Shown here in pieces: positions 20,001-26,780 of a DNA stretch of 64,000 bases. The notes beneath the pieces are model-generated. The model was not told the DNA's origin. It searched no databases and saw nothing but the letters and a program-made list of their open reading frames with translations. The stretch comes from an uncultured Actinomycetota bacterium. Lineage in GTDB: Bacteria > Actinomycetota > Actinomycetes > Propionibacteriales > Nocardioidaceae. Each line of letters opens with the position of its first letter. Position 1 is the stretch's first letter. The stretch lies in NCBI GenBank assembly GCA_963728505.1, contig CAVSKH010000003.1, forward strand, positions 513,352-577,351, given 5' to 3'. Made by a program: the position numbers and the translations under genes.

Positions 20001-23000
20001 ACGCAGGGCGCCCGCGATCCTCGTCGGGTCGAGCGTCACGCGGCCGCGCAGGGTGGCGGCGGGGTCGTGCAGCAGCCGGTCGAGCGCGTCGGGATCGAGG
20101 CCACCGTCGCGGAGCAGACCGAAGCTCTCCAGCAACGCCCGCAGGTCCGGCGAGGCTGCCGAGACCCGGTCGCAGACCGAGGACAGGAGCAGCCGGACCT
20201 CGGGGACCGCGCCGGTCACGGCCGCTCTCACCTCGCCGAGCACGAGATCGGGGGCGACCTCCCCGGCCCGGACCACCCAGCGCTCCCGCTCGATGCCCAG
20301 CCCGCGCACCTCGTGCAGCACCAGCTCGCTGGATCCGGGGCTGCCGTCGAGAGGCACCTCGACGCGCGCCGACATCCACCGCACGTCGCCGGCGCCGGCG
20401 ATGGTGCCGGGACCACCGACCAGCCAGCCGTCGTGGACGCCGAGGTGGACATCGACGACGACCGCGCGCGCCACAGCAGGGCTCAGTCCGGAGTCCTCCC
20501 GATCGATCCTCACGACCTCGAGGGCCGCGCCCACCCCGACCAGCAGACCACCGAGATTCAGGTCGAGGACCGGCACGTCCACCGCCGCGTGCAGCGCCGT
20601 CACGCCGCCGGAGCCGGTGACCGCCGTCTCGGCAACCGCGGCGTCGAGGCGAGCATGCAGCCCGTCGGCGACGTGAGCGGCGATGCCGTGCATCAGCGTG
20701 TCCTGGTCCAGGGAACCGAAGATCGCGGTGACGCTCTGCCCGGGGCTCACCGTGGCCGCCGGAGGCGGCCCCTCGCCGCGGATGATCCTGGCGCTGCGTG
20801 CCACCAGCAGCCGCATCCGTTGCAGGGCCGAGCACTCGTGGGCCAGCAGCTCGGCCGGCCAGGCGAGATCGGGGTCCGTCGCACCGATCACCGTCAGCGT
20901 CGACAGCAGCCGCAGTGCGTCCCCGCTCAGTCCGGACGACAACGCGGTGGTCCCGACCTCACCCCAGGGGCAGCCGACCGTCACGAGCGCGACGTCGAGC
21001 GCGGGGGCTGCCGCGGTGATCGCGGCCGCCGCCCGGACGACCGCGGCTCCGGCAGCGCCGTACCCGACGAGAGTGAGCGACTCGTTGCGGTCCGACAGCA
21101 GCGTCCGCAGCCGTGCGGCCTGCTCCTCGACGCCGCCCCGGTCGGGACGGTCAGCGGCTGCCGCAGCAGGTAGCGGCAGCCGCACCGCCCACACCCCGGG
21201 CCCTGTCGCCGGCACCCGCTGCTCCACAACGGAGGTGCCGCTCAGGTCGAAGACGCTGCCCAGGTCAGGTTCGGTTGCCCACAGCTCCTCGCAGCCGACG
21301 TGCACCACAGCCGTGGGCACGTCGGGCAAGGCCTCGGCGAGCAGTGAGCCGGCCGCGCCGCGCGCGACCAGCTCGTCGTACGACACCCCGTGGAGGGTGA
21401 GCGGGTGCACTCCTGTGGGGAGGGAACCGGGCTCGCCCACGATTCCGTCAGTGGTGCGCCAGCGGTCGGCCAGCTGGGCGAACCCGTCGGCGACCGAGTC
21501 GCGACCGACCATCAGCTCGACCACGTCCGGCAACGTGCTGGCGCGCAGCATCCCGGCGATCGCCTGCGGCTCGGGCGGTTCGGATCCCAGCAGCACGTCG
21601 ACCTGGGTCCCGGCCTGCTCGGGCGGCCGAGGGCACCCCGGGTCCAGCCACACCGCGAGACCGGGGGCACGTGCTTCCCCCGCGACCGGGCAGCGGTACG
21701 GCGTCCGCGCGCTTCCGGTTCCCAGCGGCGAGGTGCGCGTGAAGCCGCTGAGCAGCGCCGCGACCGGACCCAGCGCAGCGCCGACCCGCGAGCAGTCGAA
21801 CACCAGGTCGGCGACCCACTGCTCCACCGCCGCGACCGGGTCGCCGCCCACGAGGGCGCCCAGGCGCAGGTGTGGGCCGCTGCCCGCCCATCCCAGCAGC
21901 TCGATGACCGCGTCCAGCTCGGCGGAGCCGAAGCGCGCGATCAGCGCAGCCAGCGCACGCTCGATGGCGTCCCAGTCCGGGCTCGGAAGGGTCAGCCGCC
22001 CGTCCGGCCCGATCTGGGGCACCGGGATCGGCACCCGGAAGTCCGGATGGTTGAGGAGCTCGGGGGCATCGAGCTCCAGCGCGAGGTCGTCGGCGCTCAG
22101 CCGCGCGGTGAGCCCCGACGCCGGCAGCCAGACCAGCTCCACGCCCACCGAGTCCGCGACCACGGCCAGGTCCTCGGTGCCGAGCCGGGCCCGGGTCCCG
22201 TCGGTGTTGGCGAGCGCCACCCCGACGGTGGCGCCGTCTGCAAAGACCACTCGTCCGGAGGCGGGCGTCATCGTGAGCAGGCGCAGCACCGCCGACGTCG
22301 TGGCCGCAACCCCTGACGAACCCGCCACACCTGGGAAGACCGGCACCTCGGCGGCCAGGGCGAGGTCGGCGTGCAAGGTCCATGTGCCGTCGACCTCCTC
22401 GCGCCACAGCAGGAGGGCGAGCGGGTCGACCAGGACGATCCGCCACGGGTCCGCTTCGGTGCCCGCCCCGGGGAGCGCGCCGACAACGCCGGTCAACGCC
22501 TCGGCGAGGCTGGTCAGCGTCTCCGTCATCGCCGAGGCGTCGGAGAGCAGCTCCTCCCAGTAGCCCTGGATCGCGGCGACCGGGTCGGCGAGCAGGGCGG
22601 TCGCACTGATGTCGCTGACGCCGCTGGGCGGGTCGAGCCCCAGCAGGTCGGCGAGCAGGTCTCCCACGGCTCCGAGCTGTTCCAGAGCCGTGGTCAGCGC
22701 ACCGCCCACCACGCTGCCTCCGGCGTCGAGCGCGGCCTCCGGCGTGCTGAGGTCGAGCACGTCGTGGTGCTCCCCGAGCCGCACGTCGTGCAGGGTCAGC
22801 CGGAACGTCGGCGTGGGCGTGGCACCCGAGGTCAGCTCCGGAAGCCCGAGTCCCACGCGGATCCCGCCGACGTGCGGGTCGGTGCCGGTGACCAGTGCGG
22901 TGCCTCCTGCCTCCGTGCCGAAGGCGGCCTCGAGGCGAACGTCGGGGATCGCGGTACAGGACCCGGAGCCGGTGTCTGCCCGGAAGAGGTCGACCACCGC

Positions 23001-24128
23001 GCGGGCGGCCGCGCCGGCGCGTGTCCCGAGTGCCGCTTCGACCCAGGGTGTGAGCACCGGCTGGCCGCCGACGCCGTCCGTCACGCGCACTCCGATGCTC
23101 AGCTGCAACGGGTCGAGGTCGAGGGTGACCGCATCCCGCGCCAGGTCAGGAGTGCCGCCGAGCAGCAGCCCGAGCTGCGTCAGCCAGGCGTCGCGGGAGC
23201 CATCGTCCTGGACGACGGTGCGTGCCCAGGTGACCAAGGCACTCAGGCCCTGGCTGGGCAGATCTGCCAGGGGCAGCGGCGGCAGGCCGGTGACGTCTCG
23301 CAGCCCGAGCATGCCGGCGAGCCCGGCGAAGGGACGCAGCTCGGAGACGTCGAGGTTGCCCAGCGCCTCGGCCTGGGCCCGGATCAGTCCCGAGGCGAGG
23401 TCGAGGACGTCGGTGAGGATCTCGTCGGGTGAGCCGACGTCGAGGGTGAAGGTGCTCGGGCTCGGGGCGCCGGGCAGCTGCAGGTCGCGCAGCGTCATCG
23501 CGAAACCCACGTCGAGGCCGTCGGTCGGCACCCGCAGGGTCGCCCCCAGCCCGCCGAGAGCCGGCTCCCGCGCCGCCGGCGGGGTGTCGGTGAAGGTGGC
23601 GTCCACACCGATCTCGATGTCGCCGCCCTCACGTCCGAGCAACAACCAGGCGGGCGTGTCACCTCCCCCGGCGGGCAGGCTCGAGCCGCGCTCGGCGAAC
23701 CGGAACAGCGGCACGTGGATGCTGGTGGTGACCCGCGGCGGACCACCCGTGGTGGTGTGGGTGAAGCCGACGCCGAGGTGCACAGCGTCACCGGTGTCGG
23801 TGTCGGTCGCCGGGCCGTCGTCGACCACGGCGTAGACCGTGACGTCGGGGTCGTCCTCGTCGAAGAGCGGCACCCACTTCTGCCCACCCTGCTGGCGCTG
23901 GTCCGGCGGACCGAGGATCTCGTCGACGAACCGGACCAGGGCATCGCGCTGGTCCTCGTCGGCCAGCACGTGCTTCATCCCGTGGGGGGTGACCGGACCA
24001 CTGGGCCCCTCCCCCCCACCCACGGGATCGCCGAACCAGCTGGCGTTGGGCTGGCCGTCGGGGGTGAGCAGCCCCAGCGCGGTGGCCAAGTCACCGAAGG
24101 AGCCGAAGGAGGACTGGTCGATGCTCAT
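14028..24128 (-). CDS. giant hypothetical protein, 3366 aa (giant operon gene 2)
   Basis: Uninterrupted 10.1-kb ORF with protein-like composition. All overlapping plus-strand ORFs are R/G/P/H-rich shadows. No signal peptide. It has a lipase-like elbow with Ser replaced (LTLVGYGAAG, 21048-21065). It also has a Gly/aromatic-rich C-proximal module (GGYHPDFHREGYP, FFVTGIGGGLGI) at about 16190-18050. Confidence 0.8.
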   Translation of the reverse strand: MSIDQSSFGSFGDLATALGLLTPDGQPNASWFGDPVGGGEGPSGPVTPHGMKHVLADEDQRDALVRFVDEILGPPDQRQQGGQKWVPLFDEDDPDVTVYAVVDDGPATDTDTGDAVHLGVGFTHTTTGGPPRVTTSIHVPLFRFAERGSSLPAGGGDTPAWLLLGREGGDIEIGVDATFTDTPPAAREPALGGLGATLRVPTDGLDVGFAMTLRDLQLPGAPSPSTFTLDVGSPDEILTDVLDLASGLIRAQAEALGNLDVSELRPFAGLAGMLGLRDVTGLPPLPLADLPSQGLSALVTWARTVVQDDGSRDAWLTQLGLLLGGTPDLARDAVTLDLDPLQLSIGVRVTDGVGGQPVLTPWVEAALGTRAGAAARAVVDLFRADTGSGSCTAIPDVRLEAAFGTEAGGTALVTGTDPHVGGIRVGLGLPELTSGATPTPTFRLTLHDVRLGEHHDVLDLSTPEAALDAGGSVVGGALTTALEQLGAVGDLLADLLGLDPPSGVSDISATALLADPVAAIQGYWEELLSDASAMTETLTSLAEALTGVVGALPGAGTEADPWRIVLVDPLALLLWREEVDGTWTLHADLALAAEVPVFPGVAGSSGVAATTSAVLRLLTMTPASGRVVFADGATVGVALANTDGTRARLGTEDLAVVADSVGVELVWLPASGLTARLSADDLALELDAPELLNHPDFRVPIPVPQIGPDGRLTLPSPDWDAIERALAALIARFGSAELDAVIELLGWAGSGPHLRLGALVGGDPVAAVEQWVADLVFDCSRVGAALGPVAALLSGFTRTSPLGTGSARTPYRCPVAGEARAPGLAVWLDPGCPRPPEQAGTQVDVLLGSEPPEPQAIAGMLRASTLPDVVELMVGRDSVADGFAQLADRWRTTDGIVGEPGSLPTGVHPLTLHGVSYDELVARGAAGSLLAEALPDVPTAVVHVGCEELWATEPDLGSVFDLSGTSVVEQRVPATGPGVWAVRLPLPAAAAADRPDRGGVEEQAARLRTLLSDRNESLTLVGYGAAGAAVVRAAAAITAAAPALDVALVTVGCPWGEVGTTALSSGLSGDALRLLSTLTVIGATDPDLAWPAELLAHECSALQRMRLLVARSARIIRGEGPPPAATVSPGQSVTAIFGSLDQDTLMHGIAAHVADGLHARLDAAVAETAVTGSGGVTALHAAVDVPVLDLNLGGLLVGVGAALEVVRIDREDSGLSPAVARAVVVDVHLGVHDGWLVGGPGTIAGAGDVRWMSARVEVPLDGSPGSSELVLHEVRGLGIERERWVVRAGEVAPDLVLGEVRAAVTGAVPEVRLLLSSVCDRVSAASPDLRALLESFGLLRDGGLDPDALDRLLHDPAATLRGRVTLDPTRIAGALRALVPAAGGTGSALAWTVGPGTIGLDLATGELVASLHLEAGVDLAALDLSVVAGAEQAVGRLTLGALDPALGGFRAVVEAGAGSGPRVALEWAAPGGVVRPVPVWPAPDQDAIEELALVLLPALGVKTLALTALELASAEGRSLLEQLFAVLGLLPATSEGVRRFALPVGLVTDPAGWFAGLVRSEDLALGPAGVALLDAVAPLVAPDRGTDPGLPLVDGLRVDYADDAGRLRLALTAELEEQVGAGSAARTVTTSLSAGVVLALGLPPSPHVSAEVSVEGPGLRVRVDPDLRVDLLRDGSPPLSLYPDGPGIADLADTAAGLLIPLVLDEVADLGAGTGLRRDVGQLVSDLGDALLLRQGGSFDEAAIRAFAQDPAGVLLSRLPGLAGTAATALARALDPGGSLVRATPGTGFTTFGFGAVAPDGSEAVTLTLDTTGTLPVVVLTADWEIPDVGRVVLEALELSPSGVAVAARLGPFPVAAGPVTLRPMVEARAGSREPGDRMIGIGLALEDSGDRSVQLRWSLDAQPPVLGAVIQATTPGGADDVDEDLAPAWLLSLAVGLAGGILVDALDDLLGARAARMLRGVVLTESAVATDLAVDPTFALDLLDPEALLHRLERLLWNVATDTDPLSLTLDPIRLSLAATGGADDKQLGLSLTLAGDGRYTVADGEVKVELDVDATWLVPEVTPGLTVYAVRGVRTPGSPDTYAFSFEPGVTVAGVGLRFTNTTGPLLDLGAVSLDGIAFRVYAEAVSAGVGGGAQLELTGLSFAPNGGAGTNPVASSILADAGESSPSARPAFSPALAVQKHPGDEDVSFTVRAGPPPGPWWLVIQRQLGPLYLEQIGFNATEVEGTVSSVTLLFDGRVELFGLTAAVDQLSLTWLGGDFFDIGQWAVDLNGFAVSADLSGVSLAGGMLKSVDRIGDRDVTSYVGMLLGRFGIYGLSVFGGYTDDAGTPSFFVFGAFNGPIGGPPAFFVTGIGGGLGINRRLVVPSDPAELPSYPFIYALDPYASIPEPMQALRDLNEYFGPERGTFWFAGGISFTCFSLVDGIAVIAVSFGNGLEINLMGLARMALPSPAAPLVSIELGLLARFSTSEGVFMIRAALTDNSWLLYEDVRLTGGFAFMVWWKGPLSGQFVLTIGGYHPDFHREGYPEVPRVGLSWQVSPQISIKGGSYFALTSEALMAGVGVEAVADFGWAWVRASFGADGLVYFDPFWFDVEVRASISAGVEIDTWLGTISFSITTGCGVHVWGPDFSGEATVEVGPCSVTVPFGSGAERPGIQQDWPGFVEKYLESAGDGVARAITAMSGRGSLPSATGGERSAPPPDGTVERPFEVYAEFELTVTTSLPTKKFAVGLPADVVTPVTLPDGAGTDLGLNPMGAGGLASRLVLRLERFDQDEGEWTDDAEDLAELAANLTGPGQRPEGSRLGRGSFPLGVWGVPDPPDTPAPALPSGDVLTTGNQVTLVAEPHLPTAGPTVSYYTVDIGKGRRPLPLQAEMDPRETILVRSAGVGVPHPTTTAGAIDQARRVLFASPPLLVTGGPQSNGRRSNLDRASYAGQVSAPPMFGTLADGLAAGHAGNVTREEMAAPESPTPRAQRDPRVVGFLASGADVAARRAGTTVSEARLPRRPAPTSESVMARLGRYLPTQLDVSVPPGAKVARTVTPAVLPRTGVGGTVRSFALGVGPAATAVAGITGFGGAASTGRAAGTTTTATPLRPGDVVALHAPDHKTDVDTAASRRPRLEIAGGSARVTTIRGDGVVLADRVQTGTAPVEPGTAYLVAQAGGVVVPDEGVAGWHSRSQVVSLGSGTALAAGCVLTLDNAGAAPTVTWCQAGEAVRGADTVLTSFSGFGADAPPRSLVVVVESADPEHVDEMGLALLGAVRARDAAGRPAEPVLVVNGTQVAAVYAVEAVPPGQPGGPDSLPGVATLAVRVATGSTWQVTGVLAGTETVQDTADRISRHGVPATTARLLAAPSGTGCSLRWRRGRRR

Positions 24129-24137
24129 GGTCGCGGC

Positions 24138-24734
24138 TCAGCCGTGCGCTGCCATCGGGCGGACCAGGAAGAGCTCGTCCTCGGCACCGATCGCGGCCGG
24201 GACGAGGGACTTGCCCACGCGGTCGTGACCGGCCGCGGCGGCGATCTCGCGGGCGAGGGTGAGCACGGACTCCCAGGCGAAGGCACGCAGGCTGTCGGCC
24301 CAGAGGTCGACGACGACCTGCGGGCCACGAGGGATCGCGACGGTGGCCATCATCAGGCCGCGAGGCTGGTCGGCGGTGCCGACCGCCAACGGGACGTCGA
24401 CGGCGCGGCGTGCCCGGCCGCTGAGCTGGTCGCAGTCGACGGGGATCGTGACCATGACCAACCCTGGGCTGCAGGCCAGGGTCACCTTGTCGGTGGCGAC
24501 CCGGAGCTCGTCGGCGCCGGAGACCCAGACCACGGTGCGGCTTCCAGCGGTGGGCAGGTCGGCGACCAGTCGGGTGGTGCGCTGCAGCAGCGGGACGGCC
24601 TGCTTGGCCGGGACCTCGATCCAGCGCGACAGCGAGCCCGGCTCGAGCTTGCCGCGGCTGGCGGTCAGCCAGGTGCCTGCGGCGAGACCGAGGACGTTCA
24701 CGCTCGATGCGCGGGTTCGGGCGGTGGGTGACAC
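24138..24734 (-). CDS. hypothetical protein, 198 aa (giant operon gene 1)
   Basis: GTG start at 24734 is preceded by ggagggg 6 nt upstream. The stop lies 9 nt before the giant gene's ATG. No family recognised. Confidence 0.65.
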   Translation of the reverse strand: MSPTARTRASSVNVLGLAAGTWLTASRGKLEPGSLSRWIEVPAKQAVPLLQRTTRLVADLPTAGSRTVVWVSGADELRVATDKVTLACSPGLVMVTIPVDCDQLSGRARRAVDVPLAVGTADQPRGLMMATVAIPRGPQVVVDLWADSLRAFAWESVLTLAREIAAAAGHDRVGKSLVPAAIGAEDELFLVRPMAAHG

Positions 24735-24876
24735 GTGGAGCCCCTCCGGTGCCGTGTGGTGGTGGTCGGCCCGGTGCGTGGGTCGTGAGGCTGGGGTCGT
24801 GCGGGTTCTGCTGCGGGGTGGGGCGTCGGGCGCCGGTAGAGCTGCGGCCCGTTGGGAGGTCGGGCCGGCCTGTCGT

Positions 24877-25089
24877 CTACCGGCCGTCGGCTCCGCAGTC
24901 GTTGACTCCTTCCTTCTCCAGGCAGATCAAACGCTTGTCCATCTGCTGCACGTCCGGCTCATTGACGAGCTCGATGACGGCGAAACCGCTGAGCAGCAGG
25001 GCAAGGGAGCTCATCGCCAGTGACGCCTTCGCAGCCGTGGAGGTGGGCGACCGGTCGGTCGGAGTGGGGGTGTCACGGAGCAGGGCCAT
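24877..25089 (-). CDS. small (70 aa) predicted membrane-anchored peptide with C-terminal Cys pair
   Basis: ATG at 25089 is preceded by GGAGG with 5-nt spacing. Product: MALLRDTPTPTDRSPTSTAAKASLAMSSLALLLSGFAVIELVNEPDVQQMDKRLICLEKEGVNDCGADGR. It has one hydrophobic helix followed by C-x9-C. Third-position GC is mostly high. It forms the lower part of track ORF 24877..25167. Confidence 0.55.
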   Translation of the reverse strand: MALLRDTPTPTDRSPTSTAAKASLAMSSLALLLSGFAVIELVNEPDVQQMDKRLICLEKEGVNDCGADGR

Positions 25090-25260
25090 GGGAACCTCCG
25101 GGTCGAGCGCAAGGGGGCGAGCACGTGCGACATTCGCCATCCTGCTCCCGGCTTCGGCAAAGGGCAACCGTCCGTCTGGTGGGCACCCCCTGGTCAGGAT
25201 GGGGCGTGCGGCAACCCGATCGGTAGCCCCTGGGCGGGGCCCCGGTGCACCCGATGAACC

Positions 25261-25629
25261 TCAGCGACGACGGACGTCGAGGGCGTACGCCGTGGCGTTG
25301 ACCGCTGCCCAGCCGAGGGTGATGCCGAGGATCCGGCGCCGGACCCGGCCGGTGGTGGTGGAGCCGAGAACCGCTGCGTCGGTGAGGTCGTTGGCGATCC
25401 GCAGCCCGACCGTGGTCGGCACGACGGCCGGCGGGCCGAAGATCCCGAGCAGGGTCACCGGCAGCTCGCGGCCGGTGTAGGTGCGCGACAGCCGGTCGGT
25501 GCCGAGCCGTTCACCGGCCTGGTCCTCCAAGCCGTTCTGAAGGTGCCCGGGCTTGACGAGGGCGTAGAGGCCGTAGGCCGCCGTGAGCACGTGGGTGGCA
25601 CGCGTGAGCGGATATCCGAGAGTGGTCAC
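25261..25629 (-). CDS. small hypothetical membrane protein (122 aa)
   Basis: GTG start is preceded by gaggtgg. High third-position GC. Two to three hydrophobic segments. It lies 32 nt downstream of the protease gene on the same strand. Confidence 0.55.
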   Translation of the reverse strand: MTTLGYPLTRATHVLTAAYGLYALVKPGHLQNGLEDQAGERLGTDRLSRTYTGRELPVTLLGIFGPPAVVPTTVGLRIANDLTDAAVLGSTTTGRVRRRILGITLGWAAVNATAYALDVRRR

Positions 25630-25661
25630 ACCCCCACCTCACCAGGTCGGTGGTGATGCGC

Positions 25662-26663
25662 TCAGCGCACCGACTCGTAGACCGCCCTCGCCGTGGGACC
25701 GAGGACGGGACCGTACATCGCGTTCTTCTCGCCGCGGTAGCCGAAGGAGTTGACCGAGACCTGCGTCGACCCGACCGTGCCTGCGCTGTCGAGGATCCAC
25801 GGGCCGCCGGAGGAGCCACCGGTCATGTTGCAGGCCAGACGGTAGTCGCCCGAGCCGCCGACCGTGTCCGCCCCGGTGCCGCCCCAGCAGGAGACCAGGT
25901 CCCTGCCGTTGTAGGGCCGTGCTGCCGGGTAGCCGAACGAGTGCACGTCGATCGTGTAGTCGATGCCCGCGCTCCGGGGCTCGGTGGCCTGGAAGGCGAT
26001 GTCGGTGCTGCCCACCCGGCCGCCCAGTGTGTTGCTGCCCGAGCCGGCGACTCTGGCGAACCCGATGTCGTAGTCCCACTTGCTCGCGCCCTGCGCCTGC
26101 CACTGGGAGGTGGTGACGAGCGTGCTGGCGACGTAGCTGCCGTACGGCTGGAGCGCCGTGGACTTCTTGGCGTCGTAGGCCGGGACGAACATGAAGTCGG
26201 TGGCGAACGTCGAGCCGCCGTTGTTGACGCAGTGCCCGGCCGTGGAGACCACGCTCGGTGACGTCACTGCGTCCCCGACCAGGTCGACAGCGTTGCCGGA
26301 GCAGACGTAGGAGGTGCCACCGAGCTTGAAGAAGACCTTGCCGATCGTCTTCTGCTCGGTCGGCCAGACCGACCCGAGTGACGATCCGCTGCTGGAACCC
26401 CCGCCCTTGCTGGGTTTGCCCTTGCCGCTGGGCTTCCCGTTCGGACGCACGAGGTCGCGCGGGACCGCAGCCCGCATGCGTGCCTTGGTCCAGTAGGAGC
26501 GGACGGCCCTGCGCTCGGCAGCGGTGTCGACGCCGGTGTGGTGGGAAGCCACCCCCTGGCCCCCGCCTGTGGCGTGGTCGGGCGGATCGGCCTGCGCGGG
26601 CGTGGTCAGGGCCACCAGGGCACCGCACACGGCCAGGGCTCCGACAGCGAGGGAGTGCTTCAT
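25662..26663 (-). CDS. secreted trypsin-like (S1 family) serine protease
   Basis: Start at MKHSLAVGALAVCGALVALTTPAQA (signal peptide), with ggag upstream. Catalytic triad contexts: TAGHC, DYDIGF, GGSSGGP. Confidence 0.85.
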   Translation of the reverse strand: MKHSLAVGALAVCGALVALTTPAQADPPDHATGGGQGVASHHTGVDTAAERRAVRSYWTKARMRAAVPRDLVRPNGKPSGKGKPSKGGGSSSGSSLGSVWPTEQKTIGKVFFKLGGTSYVCSGNAVDLVGDAVTSPSVVSTAGHCVNNGGSTFATDFMFVPAYDAKKSTALQPYGSYVASTLVTTSQWQAQGASKWDYDIGFARVAGSGSNTLGGRVGSTDIAFQATEPRSAGIDYTIDVHSFGYPAARPYNGRDLVSCWGGTGADTVGGSGDYRLACNMTGGSSGGPWILDSAGTVGSTQVSVNSFGYRGEKNAMYGPVLGPTARAVYESVR

Positions 26664-26780
26664 CTGCAGCTCCGGTGAGGGATCTGGGTTCGCGCCCTGC
26701 GAGCCCAGAGGCAATGCTCACACACCCGGACAGATCGGGCCACGGTCGATGGTCCCGGCTGTCGACACGCAGGCCTGGGT

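Noticed and set aside
25090-25260. Possible promoter for the small peptide gene and giant operon (TTGCCG/TTGCCC -35-like hexamers on the minus strand)
   Set aside because: There is no convincing -10 (TANNNT) at proper spacing, so it cannot be supported from sequence alone.
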